A DNA stretch of 64,000 nt from positions 1 to 64,000 of the IMG/VR virus record IMGVR_UViG_3300034112_001564. The stretch is one strand, 5' to 3'. Under the pieces are notes generated by a model. That model made no database searches. It worked only from the letters and a program-made list of their open reading frames with translations, and was not told where the DNA came from. Below are positions 17,349 to 25,903 of this stretch, one piece after another. The stretch comes from a virus. A program made the position numbers and the translations under genes. Within the stretch, counting starts at the first letter, position 1. The number at the start of each line of letters is the position of its first letter.

Positions 17349-17554
17349 AGCCTCTTCTCCATCTCGTTGCAACGAGTGTCCAGCGTGGCGTTCACGTCGC
17401 GGAGAGCGGTGATGAGCAGTCGCTGCTGCTGGTTTTCAGCCAGGAGCTTCTGGTAGCGATCGTGGCCGCGGTCGTTCTCTTCCTCCAGAGCCCTGACCTT
17501 CGCCTCAAGCGACGCCAGCCTGTTTTTCGTCAGCCAGTTGATGATCCGCTTCAT
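17345..17554 (-). CDS. coiled-coil hypothetical protein
   Basis: GAGG RBS, coupled ORF. Confidence 0.6.
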   Translation of the reverse strand: MKRIINWLTKNRLASLEAKVRALEEENDRGHDRYQKLLAENQQQRLLITALRDVNATLDTRCNEMEKRL

Positions 17555-17856
17555 TGCGTCACCTCTTTGCAAAATACGCCCTCCGGCGTCAACGTCCCAC
17601 GCCGATCCTTGATCTCCCCGTAGGCCGACGCGAGGCAGTCCTCGATCGACACGCCCTGGAGGGCCGCGTAGATGATGAGCGTCACGAGCACATCGCCCAC
17701 GCCGTCAACGATGCCCTCGCGGTCGTTCTTGAGCGTGGCGTCAGCCAGTTCGCCCAGCTCGCTGACCGTCTTCATCAACTGGGCCTGCGGCGTGCTGTTC
17801 GGGGTGATCTGGCGATCTCTCGCCCAGGATTCAACTTTATTGATTAGGTCGTGCAT
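17551..17856 (-). CDS. MazG-like nucleotide pyrophosphohydrolase
   Basis: KTVSELGEL, DGVGD, AYGEIKDRRG. Confidence 0.85.
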   Translation of the reverse strand: MHDLINKVESWARDRQITPNSTPQAQLMKTVSELGELADATLKNDREGIVDGVGDVLVTLIIYAALQGVSIEDCLASAYGEIKDRRGTLTPEGVFCKEVTQ

Positions 17857-18055
17857 CTTCCCTCCACCATGCTTGGATGATTCTGTAGTGCCGCATGATT
17901 TGTCTGGCCGATGGCCCGAAGAAAACCTCGTCCCTCGCGTAGACGTGAATCGCCGCCCCACAGGCCAGCGGCATCGTCTCGCACTCCTCGGGCACCGGGC
18001 GAACCGCCCCGTCCAGCGGGCCGCCGACGAACTCGAGACGCAGGAGTTTTGTCAT
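17837..18055 (-). CDS. hypothetical protein
   Basis: FVGGPLDG motif, GGAGG RBS. Confidence 0.6.
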   Translation of the reverse strand: MTKLLRLEFVGGPLDGAVRPVPEECETMPLACGAAIHVYARDEVFFGPSARQIMRHYRIIQAWWREDARPNQ

Positions 18056-18069
18056 GGTGGCCTCCAGGC

Positions 18070-18105
18070 GGCCGGGGGAGGCGACGAGAGCGGCCTCCCC
18101 CGGCC
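18070..18105. terminator. 13-bp intergenic stem-loop
   Basis: GGCCGGGGGAGGC / GCCTCCCCCGGCC; no U-tract. Confidence 0.45.
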
Positions 18106-18122
18106 TGACCCGGCGAGGAGGA

Positions 18123-18449
18123 TCAGTTGGAGTAGCGGAGCACGGCGAACCAGCCGCGGCGAACCGGCGACCACGCGACGCCGCGTTCGACGATGCGGTA
18201 GCGGCCACGCATGGCCTCGTTGTAGAAACATGCCGACTTCACTGCCTCGAGCGGGCTGACGGTCGAGAAGCCGATGCCCTCTCGACGGCCACCGAGCAGG
18301 CGGCAGTGGCGGAGCACGCCCGAACGGGCGCAGTCCTCGGCCGTTTCCTGGGCACTGATCACGGTCGTCGTGGTGACGACCACGTTGTTCTCGCCGCTGG
18401 CGATCGTGGTGCAGCAGGCGATGGCGAAAGCAAGCAGAAACAGTCTCAT
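18123..18449 (-). CDS. secreted hypothetical protein
   Basis: signal peptide MRLFLLAFAIACC; GGAGG RBS. Confidence 0.7.
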   Translation of the reverse strand: MRLFLLAFAIACCTTIASGENNVVVTTTTVISAQETAEDCARSGVLRHCRLLGGRREGIGFSTVSPLEAVKSACFYNEAMRGRYRIVERGVAWSPVRRGWFAVLRYSN

Positions 18450-18504
18450 GCGAAATCCTCCATGAAAGGGAAACTGAACCGGCCGCATTGTCTGGATCGG
18501 AAGC

Positions 18505-18723
18505 CTATCTGTCAAGATCGTCTTCCATCTCAACCAGAAACTTCCGCATCTCGTGAGCGTAGACCTCCATAGACTCTTTGAGCAGGAACGCGGCCGTCGC
18601 CAGCCCGTTGGCATTGACGGCCTTCGCGGCCCGCCCGAGAGCCTCGATCATGGGCATCGTCGCGACGAGCCTGTCGACCTGCACCGTTGCGGCGGCAACC
18701 ATGATCCGCTCTTCGGGAGTCAT
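18505..18723 (-). CDS. hypothetical protein
   Basis: ATGA coupling. Confidence 0.55.
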   Translation of the reverse strand: MTPEERIMVAAATVQVDRLVATMPMIEALGRAAKAVNANGLATAAFLLKESMEVYAHEMRKFLVEMEDDLDR

Positions 18724-19124
18724 CTCGCCGCCTCTTTCCACGACCCGTCGGGCTTCCTGTCGAACTCGACAAACGGAATGCCCAGGCGGCGTGCTAGCGA
18801 TGCCATTGACGGCCGGAACACGGCGACTTCGTCGTGATCGACGAACACGCCGGCCGCCACGAGGCCGGCGACGCACAGAGTCGCCACGCCGCGGCGGCGG
18901 TAGGCCGTCGCCACGAACGCCTCGATCGTCGGCAGGTTCTGCCATATCTCAGTCCTCGCCCAGCCGAGGATCTCGCCTTGATCCAGGCAGATAGCGATCG
19001 TGCCGGCCGGCTCGCCGTAGAGCAGGGCACGCTGGAAGTCGCTCCCCGCCCGCGTCAGGTGGTCGGCGATGAACCGCCGCTCCGAGCGACGCAGGCGGGA
19101 GGTCTTGAGGACGAAGAGTTCCAT
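18720..19124 (-). CDS. GNAT acetyltransferase
   Basis: FVATAYRRRGVAT (acetyl-CoA motif A). Confidence 0.75.
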   Translation of the reverse strand: MELFVLKTSRLRRSERRFIADHLTRAGSDFQRALLYGEPAGTIAICLDQGEILGWARTEIWQNLPTIEAFVATAYRRRGVATLCVAGLVAAGVFVDHDEVAVFRPSMASLARRLGIPFVEFDRKPDGSWKEAAR

Positions 19125-19381
19125 TATCCAAGCCTCACATAGAGCGGGCCATGCTCTCCAACGAATGCGCCCAGGACGTTAAAGGACATGTACTCGTCGG
19201 CCTCCTCGTGCGTCATACCGTCGCGATCGACGAGAACCTGGACGCACTTGTCGTAGTCGTAGACGGCGACAACGGCGTGATGGTGATTCATCGTGTAGCC
19301 GATGAACCCCGCCTCCAGGCCGTCGGCCAGGAGAGCTTCGGGGTTGAGTTCGGCAAGCTCTTCGAGTCGTTCGACGCTCAT
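19124..19381 (-). CDS. conserved phage protein
   Basis: ADGLEAGFIG...VYD...EADEYMSFNV.GAFVGE..P. Confidence 0.7.
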   Translation of the reverse strand: MSVERLEELAELNPEALLADGLEAGFIGYTMNHHHAVVAVYDYDKCVQVLVDRDGMTHEEADEYMSFNVLGAFVGEHGPLYVRLG

Positions 19382-20124
19382 TCGCCAGTGACCTCCTTGA
19401 TCCACTCCCGATAAAGACTCACCCGCGTGTGCGCCGTCTCCTCGCCCTGCCGGCTCTTGAGCGGCCCCTTCGCCGCCATCGTGAAGCTGTTCACGCCGGC
19501 CAGCTTGCCGCCGGCAAAGAGCGGGCCGCCGGAGTCCCCAGGCGAGATGCAAAACTCGAGCGTGCTCGTGCCGCACTGGGCGTGGCAGACGATGACCGTC
19601 CGCTCGAACCGCTCGATCGTCTGCGTCCCGGCACGCAGTTTGCCGTCGTAGCCCGAGTGGCCGTCGGTCAGTCGACCGTGGAGGCCGTAGCCCACGATGC
19701 TCACCGTCTGCCCGACCTTCTCGTCTCCGTCGCTGAGTGGTGGGTAGTAGGCAATGCCGGCGGGCGTCTCGCAGTGGAGCAGGGCCAGATCGTGCCAGCC
19801 GTGCTTGTCATCGACCCAGTCGGGATGAGCGACCACGCGATCGACGGGGCGGCTGGCCGTACCCGTGGTCAGCGTGATCCCGTTGACGCCGTGAGCAACG
19901 TGCGCCGCCGTGATCGCCCAGTGCGGCGAGATCAGCGTGGCCGTCGCCTCGTTGAGCCTGCCGTCGGCGTCGCGACCGCGGAACTTGGACGTGTACGGGG
20001 CGAACGCCTTCGCGTACTCGAGGTACCGGGCATCGGGGACCGCGTCGTCAGTTGTGCCGGCCATCGCGGCCGGCACGCCCAGGAGGAAGGCTGCCAGGGC
20101 TTTGTCTTCGATGGGTGGGGTCAT
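19378..20124 (-). CDS. trypsin-like serine protease
   Basis: TAAH, DLALL, GDSGGP catalytic triad motifs. Confidence 0.9.
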   Translation of the reverse strand: MTPPIEDKALAAFLLGVPAAMAGTTDDAVPDARYLEYAKAFAPYTSKFRGRDADGRLNEATATLISPHWAITAAHVAHGVNGITLTTGTASRPVDRVVAHPDWVDDKHGWHDLALLHCETPAGIAYYPPLSDGDEKVGQTVSIVGYGLHGRLTDGHSGYDGKLRAGTQTIERFERTVIVCHAQCGTSTLEFCISPGDSGGPLFAGGKLAGVNSFTMAAKGPLKSRQGEETAHTRVSLYREWIKEVTGE

Positions 20125-20216
20125 GCCTTCACGATCCTGAATTCCGAGCACCCGCACTTCGGGCAGGGGCCGTTGGATTCCTTTCGCTCGTTGCAGCGGT
20201 TGCAGTAGCGTGTCAT
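20121..20216 (-). CDS. 31-aa Zn-finger microprotein (not in ORF track)
   Basis: MTRYCNRC...CPKCG, ATGA-coupled at both ends. Confidence 0.55.
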   Translation of the reverse strand: MTRYCNRCNERKESNGPCPKCGCSEFRIVKA

Positions 20217-20431
20217 CGCCCCTGCTCCTTCTCAAGCCAATCGGCCGCCTTCACCAGCCACGCCGCGACTTTCCGCAGCGCGTCTGGATTCTCCGAATAG
20301 TCGGGATCGTCGTTCGTCGGCGGTACGCTGTCGAAGCGACAGTCGACATACGCCGCCGCCCCGTCCTCTGACGGCCTGCACACCATGCAGAACAGCTCGT
20401 CGTCGATGTCGATCGGTGCAGGGGGTTTCAC
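20213..20431 (-). CDS. hypothetical protein
   Basis: coupled ORF. Confidence 0.55.
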   Translation of the reverse strand: MKPPAPIDIDDELFCMVCRPSEDGAAAYVDCRFDSVPPTNDDPDYSENPDALRKVAAWLVKAADWLEKEQGR

Positions 20432-20541
20432 TTGTCCCTCGTCATGTACGGGATAAGGCTGATGTACGCGACCGCCCCGACGAACACGAGCAGCGTCGCG
20501 ACGTTGAGCCAGACGCTGATCGACTGTTCGATTTCGTTCAT
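20428..20541 (-). CDS. 37-aa single-TM microprotein (not in ORF track)
   Basis: WLNVATLLVFVGAVAYISLI; fills the gap with overlaps at both ends. Confidence 0.55.
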   Translation of the reverse strand: MNEIEQSISVWLNVATLLVFVGAVAYISLIPYMTRDK

Positions 20542-20987
20542 GCCCAGATGACCTCGATTTCTACGACTGCCGTCTCCGGCGGGCTCCACAGCATCGGCCG
20601 GTCAAGGCTCGTGATGTCGACGGAGTCGACGTAGCTAGAAACCGTGATCGACACCGGCCGCTTGCCGGCGACCATCGGCTCGACCGTGCTATTCAGGTTG
20701 TCTGCCGACGGCGTCTGCCCTTCGATGTACCGATAGGTCACTTGAAACCTGTCGTGGTCGCCGACTGAGAGCATCCGCGAGTAGTGGACAACGTCGCATT
20801 CCTTGAGCTTCTCCATGACCATGTCCTGCGCGGACTTGGCGGAGTAGGTCGGCGTAGGCGTCTCAAGAGCCGGAGGTTGAACAGGCAGAGCCTGCTCAAC
20901 CTCCTGGCCCGACGGCATCCTCACGCCAGCCGCGAGGGCCGCGCCGAATGCCGAGAACGCTTTGAGGAAGTCTCTGCGGAGCATCAC
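20538..20987 (-). CDS. protein with twin-arginine (Tat) signal
   Basis: LRRDFLK followed by hydrophobic stretch. Confidence 0.65.
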   Translation of the reverse strand: MMLRRDFLKAFSAFGAALAAGVRMPSGQEVEQALPVQPPALETPTPTYSAKSAQDMVMEKLKECDVVHYSRMLSVGDHDRFQVTYRYIEGQTPSADNLNSTVEPMVAGKRPVSITVSSYVDSVDITSLDRPMLWSPPETAVVEIEVIWA

Positions 20988-21226
20988 TCACCGTTGAACC
21001 ACTGTAGCCACGTTCGCGCCGGCTTCTTGAGCTGCTCGACATCGAACAGCAAGGCGGCCCACGACTTCTCCAGAGCCTCGACGCGGGCAGTCAGGGCGGC
21101 GATTCCCCTGGTAGCGACCACCACCATGCGATCAGTCGACTCGCCCTCCTCGCGGAGATCGTGAACCGTCTTCGCGATGTCGGCGAGCGACTTCTCGACG
21201 CTGAAAACTGGCTTTTTCTTGCTCAT
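20984..21226 (-). CDS. hypothetical protein
   Basis: GGAGG RBS. Confidence 0.6.
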   Translation of the reverse strand: MSKKKPVFSVEKSLADIAKTVHDLREEGESTDRMVVVATRGIAALTARVEALEKSWAALLFDVEQLKKPARTWLQWFNGE

Positions 21227-21900
21227 GCGACCTCCTCAAACATGGTCTTCTGGGTGTCATCGACGATCATGCGGTTATCACGCTGATACCGCTTCACAAT
21301 GATTTCCAACGCCTCTCCGTAGGTCAGCCAAGGCAAATCCCGTCGAACCTTGAATGCGTCGCGCCACCAGTTGGTGCTGTCGACGCTGTCAAGACGCCGC
21401 ACCTTTGTGTAAGCACGCAAGGCCCAGCCGTGGATGTGCATGTCCTCGGGGATGTTGTCGCATGCCCAGCGAACGAACCGCTCCTTGCCCTCGCGGGGAG
21501 GCACAAGGCCGATTCCGATCCAGTTACCTCGCTCGCGGGCTATGGCGACTAAGTCCTTCAGAAGTTCCGGCGGGTCAGAGTCGTGAATAGTAGGGAATCC
21601 GTTGGGCATCGCCTCATAGTTGCGGAGGCTCTGTCGCCAGTCGCCCGCGATGTCGTCAAGCCCTGCGACCGCGTCGGCGTGTCCGTCCCAGCGGAGCGAC
21701 CAGTCGGCATACGCCGCGATGTCGATCTTCTGACCGGAGTTCAATACAGAGTACGCGCCGCTGTCGATCAGCAGCCGCCTAAAGGCGTGCTGGTACTTAT
21801 CCAGAAATGGGTCGTACAAGCCGAACGACAGTAGCACTGGCATGCCCTTCACATGCTCTGCCTGCTGCTGGTTGCCGGGGCTGGCGAGATAGACGGTCAT
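21223..21900 (-). CDS. TGT/DpdA-like guanine transglycosylase-fold protein
   Basis: IDSGAYS, LDDI, PTIH, IGIG, HIHG, DSVDSTNW; adjacent to queE/queD. Confidence 0.7.
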   Translation of the reverse strand: MTVYLASPGNQQQAEHVKGMPVLLSFGLYDPFLDKYQHAFRRLLIDSGAYSVLNSGQKIDIAAYADWSLRWDGHADAVAGLDDIAGDWRQSLRNYEAMPNGFPTIHDSDPPELLKDLVAIARERGNWIGIGLVPPREGKERFVRWACDNIPEDMHIHGWALRAYTKVRRLDSVDSTNWWRDAFKVRRDLPWLTYGEALEIIVKRYQRDNRMIVDDTQKTMFEEVA

Positions 21901-22103
21901 GTGATTGCCCTTGCGGCTCTTGCCAGATACCTGAGTTGATTTCGGGCGTGCATCGCACGGCATCTCGGGTCGCGGTAGCGCGCGGCCATGTATTCTCGGT
22001 GAGCTGCCCATTGCTCTGGAGTGCAATCCGACTTCTTGCGGCGAATGCACTTGGGAGCAACGCCGCCACTGCGGATCAAGGCAACACGATCATCGAAGGT
22101 CAT
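21897..22103 (-). CDS. hypothetical protein
   Basis: ATGA-coupled both sides. Confidence 0.55.
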   Translation of the reverse strand: MTFDDRVALIRSGGVAPKCIRRKKSDCTPEQWAAHREYMAARYRDPRCRAMHARNQLRYLARAARAIT

Positions 22104-22510
22104 GTGCTGTTCCTCGCCATCACGTCGAAGTTCATCAGGAACACAACGGCGGCCTCAAGCGAGTCAAGGATCGCGTGTGTGTGAACCATGAGCCACGGGC
22201 TTGGTGCTGACGCATCGGAGAACGCGACGACGCCTTTGCCGCTGTCCCACGCCCGAACCACCTCCATAGCAGTCCCCCAAGACGGCCGCGAAGCATTGAC
22301 AAGGACAAAGTTGCAAGCGGCGATCGCGTGGAGGTCTGCTGAGACCAACTCCCTGGCGGCTGAGGCTTCCCGCCCCCTCAAGTCCCAGTCCATCGGATCA
22401 AATATGTCGAACTGGCCGCTGCTGAGGAGCTGCCGCGCCCTTGCACGCCAAGCCATGCACTCGTCGTCGGAGCACCCGTTTATGGGGCCAGCGAGGTATA
22501 CAGCCTTCAT
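22100..22510 (-). CDS. nucleoside 2-deoxyribosyltransferase (NDT)/nucleotide N-hydrolase family
   Basis: VYLAGP, DLHAI, SWGTAME, SPW. Confidence 0.8.
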   Translation of the reverse strand: MKAVYLAGPINGCSDDECMAWRARARQLLSSGQFDIFDPMDWDLRGREASAARELVSADLHAIAACNFVLVNASRPSWGTAMEVVRAWDSGKGVVAFSDASAPSPWLMVHTHAILDSLEAAVVFLMNFDVMARNST

Positions 22511-23091
22511 GGCATCCCCCACGACTTGTGAGACTGTGCGCACAGCGTGTAATCGCGGTGCGTCTTGACCCATTCGACGCAGGCGGCGAGTGACTCTCGG
22601 CTCCCAGCCATAGGCTGGACGTAGCGATAGCCGAAGTCGGTGCCTGACAAGTCAAAATCTTCCAGCGCCATTTCGTTCAGGCCGGGCACGAGCTTTAGCT
22701 CCGCGCCCATCCGCTGCTCAAAACGCGCGGTGTGCGGCGAAACGGAAACCCACCACCAGTGGCCTTCCACTTTTCTCACGCCGCTCGTGGCGATGCACGG
22801 CTTGAAGTCCGCAGACCACAGAGCGAGATTGAGGGCGGAAAGGTCTTGGTCTGTCGGCTCGCCGCCAGTCACCCAGACGTACTTCGCTCGGCCGTTCTCA
22901 GCCCGGAGGCGAACGCACTCGTCGACAACCTCGGCGACCGTCGCCTCGCGAGCGAACGTGTAGTTCGTGTCGCATGTCGGGCAGCCGACGCTGCAACCGG
23001 AAAGACGTATGAAAACCATAGGCTCGCCGACGAAGTGCCCCTCGCCCTGGATCGTCCAATACACGCCCTGGCTGGCTAGCGTGAGTCTCAT
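22507..23091 (-). CDS. queE: 7-carboxy-7-deazaguanine synthase (radical SAM)
   Basis: TIQGEG, FIRLSGCSVGCPTCDT, VTGGEP, C-terminal QSHK. Confidence 0.92.
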   Translation of the reverse strand: MRLTLASQGVYWTIQGEGHFVGEPMVFIRLSGCSVGCPTCDTNYTFAREATVAEVVDECVRLRAENGRAKYVWVTGGEPTDQDLSALNLALWSADFKPCIATSGVRKVEGHWWWVSVSPHTARFEQRMGAELKLVPGLNEMALEDFDLSGTDFGYRYVQPMAGSRESLAACVEWVKTHRDYTLCAQSHKSWGMP

Positions 23092-23483
23092 GGCGTCACC
23101 GTCACCGAGGATGTGTCGGTCTCGTGCAGGACGAGGCTCACGACGTTGAGGCCGGCGGCGACGAGCCGCTCCGCGAGATGCTGCGCCATGTTCTCGCACG
23201 ACGTTTGAAACGGCACTTCGTAGACCTTTCCGCAGGCACCGCTGGCGATAAGCGCCGGCTTGGCCGGGTCTTTGCTGTACAAAAGAAGCGAGTGATCTAG
23301 TTCTGCGACCACCGTCATTGCCGCATCCTCGAGCGAGGCGAATGGGATGGTGACGCTGCCGGCCTTGTCGTGACGGACTGAAATGTCCACGCCGTAGCGA
23401 TGGCCGTGGATGTTCTCGCACTTTCCGCAAATCTCAGGATTGCGGTGCGCGGCGTAGAAATGAAGCTTCTTTGTGACAATCAC
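23088..23483 (-). CDS. queD: 6-carboxy-5,6,7,8-tetrahydropterin synthase
   Basis: FYAAHR, C..IHGH.Y, LDH, TSCEN, LHET. Confidence 0.9.
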   Translation of the reverse strand: MIVTKKLHFYAAHRNPEICGKCENIHGHRYGVDISVRHDKAGSVTIPFASLEDAAMTVVAELDHSLLLYSKDPAKPALIASGACGKVYEVPFQTSCENMAQHLAERLVAAGLNVVSLVLHETDTSSVTVTP

Positions 23484-23662
23484 GTCGCAGGCTCCTTCGA
23501 CGGTGCTCGGTAGATCAGCTCGTCCCGCACGATCTTGATGTGCTTGGGGGCGTTGATCACGAGCCTGACCGTCTTCCCGACGACCGACTCAACCGTGATC
23601 TCGATATGCGGCCGGTCCAGAATGAGCTTCTGGCCGGGGCGCCGCGTGAGACAAAGAGCCAT
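23480..23662 (-). CDS. csrA: carbon storage regulator (CsrA/RsmA) RNA-binding protein
   Basis: LCLTRRPGQKL...IEITV...VRLVINAPKHIKIVRDEL. Confidence 0.85.
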   Translation of the reverse strand: MALCLTRRPGQKLILDRPHIEITVESVVGKTVRLVINAPKHIKIVRDELIYRAPSKEPAT

Positions 23663-23696
23663 TTCAGGAGTCCTTTCCGATGTGTGCGGCAGTAGC

Positions 23697-24173
23697 TTAA
23701 CGAGACCCAACTGTCCTGTCCAGATGTTTTTTGCACGCCTCCTTCACCATCTGCCGAGGGTGGCTCTCGGCAGCCCACTTCAGGTAGTCCAAGCCTCGCG
23801 GCTGCTTCTCTACCTCGTCAAGTGTCAGGCCGGCGAACCGGCCGTCTCGCAGGACGAACTCCTGCCCTCGAGGCTTGAGATGCCCCTTGATGGCCTTCAC
23901 CCACTGGCCGGTGCCGCAGAACGCGCACGAGAGATACCACTCGCCATGCTCCTCGTGCAGGATGTCGTGGGATTGGGTGTTGCAGGCTGCGTCAGCGCAG
24001 TCGTAAGTGTGGTCGATCATGCCGATGGGCAGGATCGCCCTCTGCGGCCTTGAATCCGCTTTATAGATCGGAGTCTCTTGGATGACCTGCACCGCATCCG
24101 CCTGCGCGCGAGAAGGCCGCTTCTTGGAGGATCGAGTCGGCTCGTCGGGGGTTATGTCGAAAAGCGTGTCCAT
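23697..24173 (-). CDS. hypothetical protein with Zn-ribbon
   Basis: CADAAC...CAFC; GRFAGLTLDEV...YLKW. Confidence 0.65.
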   Translation of the reverse strand: MDTLFDITPDEPTRSSKKRPSRAQADAVQVIQETPIYKADSRPQRAILPIGMIDHTYDCADAACNTQSHDILHEEHGEWYLSCAFCGTGQWVKAIKGHLKPRGQEFVLRDGRFAGLTLDEVEKQPRGLDYLKWAAESHPRQMVKEACKKHLDRTVGSR

Positions 24174-25825
24174 CAGCGTGGCAACTCCATTGCGTAAGGT
24201 TCGTCCGACTCGCACACAATCAGCCGCTCTTTGGCTCGAGTAACGCCGACATACTCGATCCGGCACTCCTCGTCGTGGCAGCGTGGGTCCAGCTCTCGCT
24301 CCTGCTCGACCCGCGCGGCCGTCTCGGTCGCCAGGATTACGTCTTGGGCCTCCATCCCCTTGGCCCCGTGGATCGTCGATAGCCTCACGTTCGGCTTGGT
24401 GGCGACCTCCGGCCCATGCCGCTTGGCAGAGTCGTACCACTTCTTCCCGCCGTCAAGCAGGCTAGCCCAGCCCCCAGACCGGATCATATCGACCAGGGAC
24501 TCCGTAGCCCCGCCGACACTGACGATCTCGTCGGCCGGCAGGAAGTCGACATCGTCCCGCCGGCCGCTTGACCACGCAGTCTTCTCGCCACGACGCAGGA
24601 AAATGGCGTCGCCAGTAGCCTTTACGGGCGTCAGTTCGATTGCCGCCTTCCACTCATGGCCGCCGATGTCCTGGCCGTGCTGGAGCTTCCAGTAGGCGTT
24701 GAATGCGACGAGCGCCTTGGTGTCATCCTTCTCGTTGATGCCGGCATGCGGGATTCGGCGGGACTCGAGCACCTCGGAGAACTTCGCCAGCGAGAAGTTG
24801 CAGCGTGCTAGTACCAGTGTCGTGCGGCTGCCGTCGATCTGGCACAAGGCCCGCTCGACAGACGCCTCTCGAATCACGCACCCGTCGTGAGAGGCTGGGG
24901 CGATCTTCCTGTCGAAGTAACCCTTGTGCATCCGCTTCAGGCACCGTTCGCCAAGCTCCATGACGGCCTTCGGGCAACGCCACGACTGAGGCATCGTCCG
25001 CTCCTTGTTGACGCTCCACGACAGGAAGTTGTTGTAGTCCGCCCCGCCAAACCCAAAGACCGACTGGAAGGGGTCTGCGGCCAGATACGCCCACTTCACG
25101 CCTGGGGCGTAGGCCAGCCGCCGGCAGACGCGGTCTACCAGAGCCGAGGCGTCCTGGGCTTCGTCGAATATCCACGCCCGCACGCCCGCGGGCGTGTCCC
25201 CGGCGGGATCGACCTCCTCCGGCCCCTCCAGCTCGAACCGGACGCCGCAGTACCGCCCCAGGAGGTCGACGAAGTCCATTTTCCCGTCGATCCTCTTGGC
25301 TTCCTCGTACTTCCTGACGAAATGCCTCACCGTGGTGATAGGAGGCACCTCTAAGCCCGCGTGAGACTTTTCGGCATGAACGGACGCCAGGGGCACGATC
25401 CGGTTCCTAGCGATGTCCCAGAGCGTCAGAGAGGCAGCCGCCTCGGAGTCGCCGACGCACGCCGAATACCCGCTGTCGGCTACCTTCTTCCACGAGACAG
25501 AGACCCGCAGGCGGTCGGCGACCCACTTCGACGCCTTGTTGTCGCCGGCCAGCATCGCATCCGGCTTGACCTCTAGCATCTTGTGGCAGGTCGAATGCAC
25601 CGTCCTGAACCAGCCATGCCTGTCCAGCAGGCTGTGGTGGCAGTCGAACGCCGCCGCAGCCCGGTTCACCATCTCCTCGCGTGCCGCGGTCGTGAAGCTC
25701 GCAAACCCGATTGCTGCCGGCGAGTCGCCGATCTCGCCGAGTACGCTCTTCATGATCCCCAGCAGTTCCGTCGTCTTGCCAGTTCCTGCCCCGCCGATCA
25801 GCCGCGCGACCTGTGTTTCGCTCAT
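24173..25825 (-). CDS. UvrD/SF1 helicase
   Basis: GGAGTGKTT, DEAQD, QSWR, STIHGAKG.E, YVGVTRA. Confidence 0.92.
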   Translation of the reverse strand: MSETQVARLIGGAGTGKTTELLGIMKSVLGEIGDSPAAIGFASFTTAAREEMVNRAAAAFDCHHSLLDRHGWFRTVHSTCHKMLEVKPDAMLAGDNKASKWVADRLRVSVSWKKVADSGYSACVGDSEAAASLTLWDIARNRIVPLASVHAEKSHAGLEVPPITTVRHFVRKYEEAKRIDGKMDFVDLLGRYCGVRFELEGPEEVDPAGDTPAGVRAWIFDEAQDASALVDRVCRRLAYAPGVKWAYLAADPFQSVFGFGGADYNNFLSWSVNKERTMPQSWRCPKAVMELGERCLKRMHKGYFDRKIAPASHDGCVIREASVERALCQIDGSRTTLVLARCNFSLAKFSEVLESRRIPHAGINEKDDTKALVAFNAYWKLQHGQDIGGHEWKAAIELTPVKATGDAIFLRRGEKTAWSSGRRDDVDFLPADEIVSVGGATESLVDMIRSGGWASLLDGGKKWYDSAKRHGPEVATKPNVRLSTIHGAKGMEAQDVILATETAARVEQERELDPRCHDEECRIEYVGVTRAKERLIVCESDEPYAMELPR

Positions 25826-25903
25826 TGGACCGCTTTTCCTTTCTGGGTGTTTTGTGGGCCGGTTTTCGGTCCACCGTAAAGTCTTATCCAGTAGCCACTT
25901 AGG

